The notes under the pieces were generated by a model. That model saw nothing but the letters and a program-made list of their open reading frames with translations, was not told where the DNA came from and did not search any database. Below, one piece after another: positions 29,287 to 37,639 of a stretch of 64,000 bases of DNA. Every line of letters begins with the position of its first letter. The stretch's first letter is position 1. Location: assembly GCA_963803435.1 (NCBI GenBank), contig CAWDML010000003.1, forward strand, positions 480,001 through 544,000. Reading direction: 5' to 3'. The stretch comes from an uncultured delta proteobacterium. Its GTDB lineage: Bacteria; Myxococcota; Kuafuiibacteriia; Kuafuiibacteriales; Kuafuiibacteriaceae. Both the position numbers and the translations under genes were made by a program.

Positions 29287-29655
29287 ATGGTCACTTTCGA
29301 TCACGAGAAGCTCGAGGTCTACCAGCTCGCCGTCGAGTATGCCGACATCGCTGAAGAGATCGCACAAGAACTGCAACCCGGTCACGCTCACGTCCGCGAT
29401 CAGCTTCGGCGGGCATCCGATTCCATCGTGAACAACACCGCCGAGGGCGCCGGAGAGTTCAATCCACCTGAGAAGGCTCGCTTCTGCCGGATGGCACTTC
29501 GCTCTGGCACCGAAAGCGCCGCCTCACTCCACACCTGCTCGAGGCGCCGACTCGCCAACGAGCAGCAGGTCCAAGCCGCCAGAGCCAAGCTCAAGCGCGT
29601 TGTCGAGATGCTCACGCGCCTCATCAAGTCGATGAACGCACGCCGGGCTGCATGA
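29287..29655 (+). CDS. Four helix bundle protein (23S rRNA IVP / Avd-like family)
   Basis: FDHEKLEVYQLA, DQLRRASDSIVNNTAEGAG, EKARF..A.RS..E and VEMLTRL. 122 aa from ATG 29287. Confidence 0.92.
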   Translation: MVTFDHEKLEVYQLAVEYADIAEEIAQELQPGHAHVRDQLRRASDSIVNNTAEGAGEFNPPEKARFCRMALRSGTESAASLHTCSRRRLANEQQVQAARAKLKRVVEMLTRLIKSMNARRAA

Positions 29656-29660
29656 TCGCC

Positions 29661-29727
29661 ATCGGGACCGGGACCGGGACCGGGACCCGGACCGGGCTCG
29701 CGGTAGCGCTACGCGCTACACGCTCCT
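29661..29727. repeat. Right arm of the long inverted repeat (GGGACC hexamers)
   Basis: ATCGGGACCGGGACCGGGACCGGGACCCGGACCGGGCTCGCGGTAGCGCTACGCGCTACACGCTCCT is complementary to 29057-29124. Confidence 0.95.
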
Positions 29728-29771
29728 CGGGCTCAAACAGCACGGTCGACCGCGACGGTGACGGGGACCGC

Positions 29772-30245
29772 CTACTCGGTGGGTACGCGCTGCCAGATCG
29801 CGGACTGATCCCCCTCGTACACCGTGCTCGCGTTCTGCTTGAACGCGAAGCTGTACCGGATGAAGTACTGCTCCCGGATCTTGCGGATGCGGGTGGCCAT
29901 GCACTCCAGGAGCAGCGGGTCGCGGGTGTTGGCCAGGGCGTTGTAGCGTGCGTCGTGGATCCGCACGCCGTAGCCGATCCAGCCCTCGGCGTGTCTGAGG
30001 CCCAGGACGTAGTAGCTATGGACGAAGGCGACCATGCCGGTCATGTGGACCATCAGGCCGCCGGAGACGTGGGAGGGATGCCGGGTTTCGTGCGTGCGCT
30101 GGGCGCGCGTGATGGGGAGCTCCGGTGACGTCGGCATGCGGGCCCGGACGAGGTTCTGGTCGGCTCGGATCTCCAGGATCTCGTCGATCAGCATTCCGTC
30201 GGGCCCATACGGGCAGTCGTCGATGAAGGCCTGCTCGAGAGGCAT
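29772..30245 (-). CDS. Hotdog-fold (FabA/FabZ-like) protein
   Basis: CPYGPDGMLIDEI, HPSHVSGGLMVH and a beta-rich C-terminus. Confidence 0.6.
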   Translation of the reverse strand: MPLEQAFIDDCPYGPDGMLIDEILEIRADQNLVRARMPTSPELPITRAQRTHETRHPSHVSGGLMVHMTGMVAFVHSYYVLGLRHAEGWIGYGVRIHDARYNALANTRDPLLLECMATRIRKIREQYFIRYSFAFKQNASTVYEGDQSAIWQRVPTE

Positions 30246-30303
30246 GACGGTCGGCCTAGCACGAGATTGACCTGTCTGGCTTCTCGTCGGAGCCTTCGGG
30301 CGG

Positions 30304-31221
30304 GTGTCGACCGTTTGGATCCCGATGATCGCCGTTGCGGTGCTGGGGCTCGGCGTCCTCGTGGCCGTCCTCATGGCGCTGCTCTACACAGCGGTTACCT
30401 TCGCCGTCTGGGTGATCGACCGGCGGGAGGCGGGCGTGCTCTCCGCCGATCCGACGGCCGCCGAGCTGGCGCGCCTTGCCGGCGTGTTCGGTCGCGAGCT
30501 GTTCGCCGCTACCTTCTGCTTCACGCTGCATCCCTTCGGCGCGCTCGACCCGCCGCCACCGAGGACGCGCGACCTCCGTGGGCGTCGTCCGATCCTGTTG
30601 GTCCCGGGCTACACCCAGATGCGGAGCAACTTCTGGTTGCTGGGGGCCCGGCTGTGGGCCGAGGGCCTCGGTCCTCTCTACGCGCTCAATCTCAAGCCCT
30701 GGGACGCCAGCGTGCTCGAGCACGCGGCGCGGCTCTCGGCCCTCATCGACGAGATCATGCACGCGACCGGCGCCCATCAGGTCGACGTGGTGGCGCACTC
30801 GATGGGTGGGCTGGTGGTGCGGGCCGCCGAGGCGGGCCGGGCGACGCCGCGCGTGCGTCGTCTCGTGACCATCGGAACCCCTCATCGTGGGACCCGGGTG
30901 GCGGAGCTGACGACGACGCCCGGCGGGATGGATCTGCGCATTGGATCGGATCTCATCGCCGCGCTTCCGCCGGCGGCGCCCGGGACGATCGTCGCGATCA
31001 GCAGCACGCACGACAACGTGGTGGTGCCGCCGGAGAACGCGCGCATCGGTGAGGGCGGTCGCGACCTGGTCATGGAGGACGTCGGCCACCTGGCGATGCT
31101 GATCGATCCCAAGGTGGCCGAAGAGGTGGCGAAAGCCCTCGGCGAGGACGTGCGGACGGCGGAGAAGGTGCTGGTCCCGCTGCCGCGCAAGCACGCCGTG
31201 ATCGGCGCGGTCCGCGCGTGA
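30304..31221 (+). CDS. Membrane-anchored alpha/beta hydrolase (lipase/esterase)
   Basis: N-terminal TM, PILLVPG, VAHSMGG, TIGTPHRGT, HDNVV and VGHLAM. Confidence 0.88.
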   Translation: MSTVWIPMIAVAVLGLGVLVAVLMALLYTAVTFAVWVIDRREAGVLSADPTAAELARLAGVFGRELFAATFCFTLHPFGALDPPPPRTRDLRGRRPILLVPGYTQMRSNFWLLGARLWAEGLGPLYALNLKPWDASVLEHAARLSALIDEIMHATGAHQVDVVAHSMGGLVVRAAEAGRATPRVRRLVTIGTPHRGTRVAELTTTPGGMDLRIGSDLIAALPPAAPGTIVAISSTHDNVVVPPENARIGEGGRDLVMEDVGHLAMLIDPKVAEEVAKALGEDVRTAEKVLVPLPRKHAVIGAVRA

Positions 31222-31255
31222 CGCGGGCGATCATTCATGCAAGAACCTGAGGTGC

Positions 31256-32299
31256 ATGAATCGGGCGGGGGCTCAGCCGGATCCCCGCGTCCTCTCCGAG
31301 CGCTTCGAACGCCGCGTTCAGGTCGTTGGCGGAAAGGGCGGCGTGGGCCGAACCGCCATTTCGTGCGCTCTTGCGCTGAGAGCGGCCCGGATCGGCAAGC
31401 GAACGTTGCTCCTCGAGGTGGACGCGCCCGACTCGGCCGCCGCCTATCTGGGCGTGGCGCCCGCGGTCGACGAACCCCGTGAGGTGGTGAACAACCTCTG
31501 GCTCTGTCGCATGACTCCGGTCGGCGCGATGCGCGAGTACGCGTTGATGGTGCTCAAGTTCAAGGCCCTCTACAACCTCGTCTTCGAGAACCGGATGGTG
31601 AAGTACCTCCTGCGATCGATCCCATCGCTCGGAGAATTCACCATGCTCGGCAAGACCTGGTTTCACACCACCGAGACGATCTCCGGCGGTGCCCCCAAGT
31701 ACGAGCAGATCATCGTGGATGCGCCGGCGACCGGCCATGCGATCACGTACCTCTCGGTGGCCCGCACGGTCGCCGAGATCGCGCCCAAGGGGATCATGAA
31801 GAACGCCGCCGAGCGCATGGCGCAGATGGTCGAGGACCCCGACCAGACCTGCCTGCACGTGGTGGCCCTCCCCGAGGAGATGCCGGTGAACGAGGGGGTC
31901 GATCTGCTGGGCGTCGCGCGGCGTCGGCTGAAGATGGCTCCGGGAGTCGCGATCATGAATCGCATGCTCCCGTCGCTGGCCGGGCCCGACGGCCGCGCGC
32001 TGATCGAGCGCCTGCGCGGGCGCTCGCCCTCGCCTTCGATGGCGCCCTTTCTGGAGGCGGCCAAGCTCCGTCTCGATCGCGAGGCGCTCCAGGCCGAGTA
32101 CGCGTCTCGGCTCGTGGAGCAGAGCGGCATGCCGATGCTGGAGCTCCTCGACTTCAGCGCGCTCGCGGACTTCGGAGAAGGCGATCCACACGCGCACCCC
32201 GAGAATCCTGCCCAGGTGGCCTGGCTCGATCGGATCGTCGAGTCGATCGACCTCGCGGTCGAGACGCCCGACACGGTGAGAAGGGCCACGGATGCCTGA
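31256..32299 (+). CDS. ArsA/Get3-like ATPase, subunit 1 (deviant Walker A KGGVGRT)
   Basis: GGKGGVGRT, IVDAPATGH, LPEEMPVNE and IMNR. Confidence 0.85.
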   Translation: MNRAGAQPDPRVLSERFERRVQVVGGKGGVGRTAISCALALRAARIGKRTLLLEVDAPDSAAAYLGVAPAVDEPREVVNNLWLCRMTPVGAMREYALMVLKFKALYNLVFENRMVKYLLRSIPSLGEFTMLGKTWFHTTETISGGAPKYEQIIVDAPATGHAITYLSVARTVAEIAPKGIMKNAAERMAQMVEDPDQTCLHVVALPEEMPVNEGVDLLGVARRRLKMAPGVAIMNRMLPSLAGPDGRALIERLRGRSPSPSMAPFLEAAKLRLDREALQAEYASRLVEQSGMPMLELLDFSALADFGEGDPHAHPENPAQVAWLDRIVESIDLAVETPDTVRRATDA

Positions 32300-33431
32300 G
32301 CTCGACCGCCTCCTCGATCAGGCGCGCTGCGTGGTCTGCGTGGGGCCGGGAGGCGTCGGCAAGACCTCCACGTCCGCAGCCCTCGCGATGGAGGCGGCGC
32401 GCCGGGGGAAGCGGACGATCGTGCTGACGATCGATCCCGCAAGACGTCTTGCAAACGCGCTCGGTCTCCCGGAGATCGGCAACGAGGAGAAGGACGTCGG
32501 CGCGTACGCCTTCGAGGCGGCGGGGCTCCAGCGACCGGAGGGCCGTCTCACCGCGATGATGCTCGACATCAAGCGGACCTGGGACGACGTCATCAACCGC
32601 TACCACCCGGACCCGGAGCGGCGCGCCAAGCTCCTGGCCAACCGCCTCTACGTCGCCCTCTCCACCGCGCTCGCCGGCTCTCAGGAGTACATGGCGATGG
32701 AGAAGCTCTACGAGCTGGCCGAACGCCAGGAGGATCGGCTCGACACGATCATCCTCGACACGCCCCCGGCCAACCACGCGGTCGACTTCCTGGAGGCGCC
32801 GTCTCGGATGCTCAACGCGCTCGACAACGACGCCACCAAGTGGCTCATCGAGCCCTACAAGGAGAGAGGACGGATCACCCAGAAGCTCTTCGACGCCGGA
32901 TCGTCCTTTTTCATCCGCACGATCTCGAGGTTCACCGGCGCCGAGCTGCTCGACGAGCTCGCGGAGCTCCTGGTGGGCTTTCAGGGCATGTACGACGGCT
33001 TTCGCCAGCGCGCCCGCGCGACCCGCGAGATCCTGGAGGCTGCCGACACGCAGTTCGTGGTGGTGAGCAAGCCGGACGACCGCGCGGCCAGCGACGCCCT
33101 CGTGTTCCGGGAGCGCCTGACCGAGCGCGGCTGTCGGGTCGGCGCCATCGTGCTGAACCGAGCCAGCCTCGACCCGTTCGCTGGGGCCACGCCTTCGCCC
33201 GGCCCCTTCGAGCTCGAGCTGGTGGAGGCCGGCGGTACGGTGGAGCTGGCACGCCGGATGATTGCGGTGGCAGAGGCGACCCGGATGATCGCCGCGCGCC
33301 ACGCGGCCTCGGCGCAGCGCCTCCAGGCGCAAGTCGAGGAAATCCCGGTGGCTGTGGTTCCGGAGCTCCCTCGCGACGTTCACGACCTGGTGGGTCTCGA
33401 CGCCTTGCGCGCGCACATGTTCGCGCGGTGA
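32292..33431 (+). CDS. ArsA/Get3-like ATPase, subunit 2
   Basis: GPGGVGKT, TIDPARRLANALG, QEYMAMEKL, LDTPP and DVHDL. Overlaps the upstream paralog. Confidence 0.88.
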   Translation: MPELDRLLDQARCVVCVGPGGVGKTSTSAALAMEAARRGKRTIVLTIDPARRLANALGLPEIGNEEKDVGAYAFEAAGLQRPEGRLTAMMLDIKRTWDDVINRYHPDPERRAKLLANRLYVALSTALAGSQEYMAMEKLYELAERQEDRLDTIILDTPPANHAVDFLEAPSRMLNALDNDATKWLIEPYKERGRITQKLFDAGSSFFIRTISRFTGAELLDELAELLVGFQGMYDGFRQRARATREILEAADTQFVVVSKPDDRAASDALVFRERLTERGCRVGAIVLNRASLDPFAGATPSPGPFELELVEAGGTVELARRMIAVAEATRMIAARHAASAQRLQAQVEEIPVAVVPELPRDVHDLVGLDALRAHMFAR

Positions 33432-33450
33432 AACATAATCCCCCGATCGG

Positions 33451-34590
33451 TTGTCTCTTCCGGAGGTGACTGGGGATAATCGAAGCGTGAGATCACGGGC
33501 GGTCGCGCTGGTCTTGATGGCGGGGTGCGCGACCACGGGACCATCGGGTGAGCGGGCGGAAGACAAGCCCCTCGTCAAGATGGAGCCGCTGCTGATCCGG
33601 AGCCAGACGGATCCGCTCACCGGCCTCGACGGCTACGACGCCGCCCAGCTCCTGGAGCTCGGCAATCGGCTCTACTCCACGGGCGAGGCCGACAAGGCCG
33701 TCCTGGTGTATGAGCGCCTGAAGGAGACGTTCCCGGACTCCGAGAACGTCCCCTCCGCGCTCTACAACGAGGGCCTCGCCTACGAGAAGCTCGCCGAGTG
33801 GGACAAGAGCCTCGCCTGCTACCAGGCGATCGTGGAGACCCACTCCGACTCCTCGAGCTATCGCGACGCCTACTTCCGGAGCGCGTTCATGTTCGGGAAG
33901 CTCGAGCGCTGGAAGGAGGTCGCCGACACCTTCTGGCAGATCCGGCAATTCACCGATCTCGCCACGATGGACGAGCTCGAGGCGCGCGTCGGCCAGGGTG
34001 TCGGCATGTTCATGCAGGACGACTTCGCCACGGCCGAGCACGAGTTCACCGCCGCGCTGCACTTCTACGACGACCACCAGAAGCTCGAGTACTTGCCGGC
34101 CGACTATTGGATCGGACAGGCACGGTTCTACCTCGGTGAGATCTACGCCCGCGAGTTCGAGGCGAAGAAGCTGTCGCAACCGAACCTCGACGAGGACAAG
34201 TGGGCCGAGATGATGGGCCAAGAGCTCGAGGAGAAGTGCGAGCTGCTGCTCCGCGCCCAGAACAACTTCATCCGTGCGATCCGGGTCGGGCACACGGGTT
34301 GGGCCACCGCGGCCGGCTTCCGCATCGGATCGCTGTACGAGCGGCTCTACGACGATCTGCTGCAAGTGCCCGTACCCCCGAGCTTGAGCGACGAGGGCGT
34401 GAAGTTCTACCGCGAGGAGCTCCGCAAGAAGGTCAGCGTCCTGGTGATGAAGGCGATCAGCGTCTACGAGCGCTCGCTCGAGATGGCGCAGCGCGTGGGC
34501 GAAGAGAACGAGTGGGTCAAGAAGACCTCGGCCTCGCTGGAGCGGATGAAGTCGCTGGCGCTGGCGCAGCTGGATGGGCCGCCCAACTGA
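33451..34590 (+). CDS. TPR-repeat lipoprotein (true start probably slightly downstream)
   Basis: Lipobox MAGC and TPRs (ALYNEGLAYEKL, ARFYLGEIY, AGFRIGSLY). Confidence 0.8.
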   Translation: MSLPEVTGDNRSVRSRAVALVLMAGCATTGPSGERAEDKPLVKMEPLLIRSQTDPLTGLDGYDAAQLLELGNRLYSTGEADKAVLVYERLKETFPDSENVPSALYNEGLAYEKLAEWDKSLACYQAIVETHSDSSSYRDAYFRSAFMFGKLERWKEVADTFWQIRQFTDLATMDELEARVGQGVGMFMQDDFATAEHEFTAALHFYDDHQKLEYLPADYWIGQARFYLGEIYAREFEAKKLSQPNLDEDKWAEMMGQELEEKCELLLRAQNNFIRAIRVGHTGWATAAGFRIGSLYERLYDDLLQVPVPPSLSDEGVKFYREELRKKVSVLVMKAISVYERSLEMAQRVGEENEWVKKTSASLERMKSLALAQLDGPPN

Positions 34591-34667
34591 GCGGGCGCAG
34601 GCGCATCCTTCACGACGGTGACCGTGGCGCTCGCGTCTTGGAGCGACGAGGGGGTCGTGCAAGCGTT

Positions 34668-35111
34668 TTAGGGGGGCGGAGCGTTGGTCATGAACCCCAG
34701 CCCCAGGTGTGCGAGGGCGAACGTGCGTCCGTCCGGCCCGGTCCATCGCTCGACGATCTTCACCTCGGCCTCCGCACGGCTCGGCATGGAGGCCAGCGCC
34801 TCGTCGATGCCGGCCGCCGCCGCCTTGCCGTTCGGTGAAGTCTCGAACTGACGCCTGAGCCTCGCCACGTACCAGCCCTCGAACTCGTTCATCGCGGTGG
34901 CGCGGGCCCGCGACTCGGCGAGGGACTGGCGCTCGGTCAGGCTGGCGATTTCGGGCTCGGCGGTGCCCACGCCGAAGAAGCCTTGCTGCTCGTCGCCCCA
35001 GGCTTGCTTGCCTTGCGCGATCCAGGCGGGGAGCTCGAGCTTTTCGGGGGCGGGGGGCGATCCGGCGCATCCGATGAGGGCGGCCGCGAGGGTGAGGCGG
35101 ACGAGGTTCAC
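34668..35111 (-). CDS. LPP20-like lipoprotein
   Basis: GTG start overlapping the upstream stop, lipobox LIGC, PAWI..FFGVG..AESRAR and ERW..DG..FAL. Confidence 0.7.
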   Translation of the reverse strand: MNLVRLTLAAALIGCAGSPPAPEKLELPAWIAQGKQAWGDEQQGFFGVGTAEPEIASLTERQSLAESRARATAMNEFEGWYVARLRRQFETSPNGKAAAAGIDEALASMPSRAEAEVKIVERWTGPDGRTFALAHLGLGFMTNAPPP

Positions 35112-35485
35112 TTCTTCTTGAGTAGATCGATGCCGGCCCAGACCGCCTTCGGATCCTTGGCCTTCTCCAGCTTCAGGGCCTTGAGGAGCGTGGCGAGCGC
35201 GGCGTCGCGCTTGGTGGGCTCCTTCTCCCCGACGACGGAGGTCAGGAACGTGCGGCCGGCCGCCTTGTTCTCGAGCTTGTCGCTCTCGTACTTGCCCTTC
35301 TCGTGGCAGGCGGTGCACTTCACGCCCAGCCCCTTGGACATGCTTTTCATCCCCTTCTCGACGGCCTTCTTGTCTGCGCCGCTGAGGACCTTGAGGTTCT
35401 TGAACTCCTCGCTCGCCCGCGCAGACGAGACCTGAAGCAGGGCGAGGAAGGCCAGAGCACCGATTAGAGCAATGATGGGTTTCAT
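35108..35485 (-). CDS. Small periplasmic c-type cytochrome resembling one repeat of the reaction-centre cytochrome c subunit family
   Basis: Signal peptide (ARA), then KNLKVL..M..MSKGLGVKCTACH. Confidence 0.75.
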   Translation of the reverse strand: MKPIIALIGALAFLALLQVSSARASEEFKNLKVLSGADKKAVEKGMKSMSKGLGVKCTACHEKGKYESDKLENKAAGRTFLTSVVGEKEPTKRDAALATLLKALKLEKAKDPKAVWAGIDLLKKK

Positions 35486-35523
35486 AACTTCTCCTGATGA
35501 GACGCCGATTCGATCGGGCGAAT

Positions 35524-36060
35524 TCACTCCACCGTCAGCAGCGCCGTGCCAGCGTCGACCGCTTGGCCCGGTTCGACGAAGATCCGGCCGATCTTGCCCG
35601 CCTTGGGGGCCCTCAGCTCGTTCTCCATCTTCATCGCCTCGACGATGATCAGTGATTGGTTCTCCTCCACCGACTGCCCGGGTGCGACGATGATCTTCAC
35701 GACCTTCCCCGGCATCGGTGAATGGATGGTTTGCGGGCCTTCGACGGCGAACTTGCGGGAGACGATCCCCACGCGGGCGCGGCGCTCGTCGATCACGCTC
35801 AGCTGGACGATCGAGCCGCGCACCAGCGTGTTGTAGCGGCCCTCACTCTCGTTGCCGCCGGCGACCTCCAGCTCCACGTCGTAGCTCTGGTTGTCGATCA
35901 CCAGGCTCCAGGTGCCGCCGGCGAAGCGGCGGGCGTCGACCTGATGGACGACGCCGTCGATCTCGACCTGGTAGCGCTGCTCCCGGTCGAGCGACACCTT
36001 GATCTCCTCCTCGGTGTCACCGAAGTGGGCGATGAACTTCTGCGGTCCTCGAGCAGTCAT
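35524..36060 (-). CDS. Biotin carboxyl carrier subunit
   Basis: SPMPGKVV..EAMKMENE biotinylation motif. Confidence 0.93.
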   Translation of the reverse strand: MTARGPQKFIAHFGDTEEEIKVSLDREQRYQVEIDGVVHQVDARRFAGGTWSLVIDNQSYDVELEVAGGNESEGRYNTLVRGSIVQLSVIDERRARVGIVSRKFAVEGPQTIHSPMPGKVVKIIVAPGQSVEENQSLIIVEAMKMENELRAPKAGKIGRIFVEPGQAVDAGTALLTVE

Positions 36061-37571
36061 CAGAAGTTGAACCTCGTGAAGGCATCGGTCCGACCGAGCT
36101 GCCTCCAGCGGGAGGCGCGGGCGTCGTCGGTTCCGCCGGACACGATTTTGTCGGCCAGCTCGCGGCTGTACTCGAACTGACGGATCGCCGCAGCGATCAT
36201 GGCGACCCGCACGCGGCCGTCGTCGGGCGCCTGATCGGTGCCGATGTGGCGCGCGATGAAACCGGTATCGGTTCGGCCCCCCTGGAAGGCCTCGTGCTGC
36301 ACGATGCGACGGAGGAACCGCACGTTGGTGTCGATCCCGTTGATCACAAACTCGGAGAGCGCGCGGTCGAGGCGGCGGATGGCGGAGATGCGATCGCTGC
36401 CGTGGACGATCAGCTTGGCCAGCAGCGGATCGTAGTGAGGCGTGACCTCGTAGCCGGCGTAGACGCCGCTGTCGACGCGCACGCCGTAGCCGCCGGGCAC
36501 GCGGAGGTGCGAGATGACGCCCGGCGAGGGCCGGAACCCGAGGGCGGGATTCTCGGCGTAGATGCGGGCCTCCAGCGAGGCGCCGCGGGGGGCGATCGGC
36601 CGGACCTGGAGCGGCTCGCCGCGGGCGACACGCAGCTGCTCGAGGACCAGATCGTAGCCGGTGGTCAGCTCGGTCACCGGGTGCTCGACCTGTAGCCGCG
36701 TGTTCATCTCGAGGAAGTAGAAGTTGCGATCCTCGTCCACGAGGAACTCGACGGTGCCGGCGCCGACATAGTCGACCGCCTTGGCGGCCCGCACCGCGAC
36801 CTCGCCCATCTTGGCCCGAAGATCCGAGTCGACGAAAGGCGAGGGCGCCTCCTCGATCACCTTCTGGTTGCGCCGCTGGATCGAACACTCGCGCTCGTTG
36901 AGGTGGACGACGTTGCCGTGCTCGTCGCCGAAGACCTGGACCTCGATGTGCCGGGGGCTCGAAATGAAACGCTCCAGGTAAACCGAGCCGTCGCCGAATG
37001 CAGAGGCGGCCTCGCGCGAGGCACCGGAGAAAGCGTCGGCCAGGTCCTCGGGCCGCTCCACCAGCCGCATGCCGCGTCCGCCGCCGCCGGCTGCCGCTTT
37101 CAGCATCACCGGGAAGCCGATCTCGGCCGCGAGGGCGGCGGCTTGCTCGGCGGTCGCCACCGGATCGGAGGTGCCGGGAACGACCGGTACGCCCGCCGCG
37201 ATCATCCGCTTCCGAGCGACCGTCTTGTTGCCCATGGTCTCGATCGCCTGGGGAGAGGGGCCGATGAAGATGATCCCGGCGTCGGCACACGCCCGCGCGA
37301 ACGCCGCGTTCTCCGAGAGGAAGCCGTAGCCCGGATGGACGGCCTCGGCGCCGGAGCGCTTGGCGGCGTCGATGATGCGATCGATCCGGAGGTAGCTCTC
37401 GCGCGAAGGCGCCGGGCCGATCGGATACGCCTCGGTGGCATACGTCGTGTGCGCGGCCATTCTGTCGGGCTCGGAGTACACCGCCACCGACGGGATGCCG
37501 AGCTCACGACAGGTGCGCATGACGCGGATGGCGATCTCGCCGCGGTTTGCCACCAAGATCCGCCGGAACAT
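36060..37571 (-). CDS. accC: Acyl-CoA carboxylase biotin carboxylase subunit
   Basis: ILVANRGEIA, HPGYGFLSEN, GGGGRGM, ERECSIQRR, EMNTRLQVEHPVTE and YDPLLAKL. Acetyl versus propionyl specificity cannot be determined. Confidence 0.93.
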   Translation of the reverse strand: MFRRILVANRGEIAIRVMRTCRELGIPSVAVYSEPDRMAAHTTYATEAYPIGPAPSRESYLRIDRIIDAAKRSGAEAVHPGYGFLSENAAFARACADAGIIFIGPSPQAIETMGNKTVARKRMIAAGVPVVPGTSDPVATAEQAAALAAEIGFPVMLKAAAGGGGRGMRLVERPEDLADAFSGASREAASAFGDGSVYLERFISSPRHIEVQVFGDEHGNVVHLNERECSIQRRNQKVIEEAPSPFVDSDLRAKMGEVAVRAAKAVDYVGAGTVEFLVDEDRNFYFLEMNTRLQVEHPVTELTTGYDLVLEQLRVARGEPLQVRPIAPRGASLEARIYAENPALGFRPSPGVISHLRVPGGYGVRVDSGVYAGYEVTPHYDPLLAKLIVHGSDRISAIRRLDRALSEFVINGIDTNVRFLRRIVQHEAFQGGRTDTGFIARHIGTDQAPDDGRVRVAMIAAAIRQFEYSRELADKIVSGGTDDARASRWRQLGRTDAFTRFNF

Positions 37572-37639
37572 CGGCGTGGCTCATAGCGCAGTGCACGAGG
37601 CTTGTCAGCCGGGTCAGGCGCAGGGAGGATGCGACAGGG

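Larger units (their letters stand above)
29057..29727 (+). mobile_element. Putative inverted-repeat-bounded cassette carrying only a four-helix-bundle gene
   Basis: Long IRs enclose one small gene with visibly more A/T-ending codons than its neighbours. No transposase and no clear target duplication. Mobility is an inference. Confidence 0.5.

Noticed and set aside
29131-29655. Diversity-generating retroelement or rRNA intervening sequence suggested by the Avd/IVP-like gene
   Set aside because: No reverse transcriptase, no TR/VR pair and no rRNA sequence in the window. The 52-codon N-terminal extension from ATG 29131 is also not family-like.
29057-29727. Classical IS element or CRISPR array
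   Set aside because: No transposase, no target-site duplication seen, and no repeat-spacer periodicity.
29652-30128. ORF beginning MIAIGTGTGTGT
   Set aside because: It is a translation of the GGGACC repeat and lies antisense to the hotdog-fold gene.
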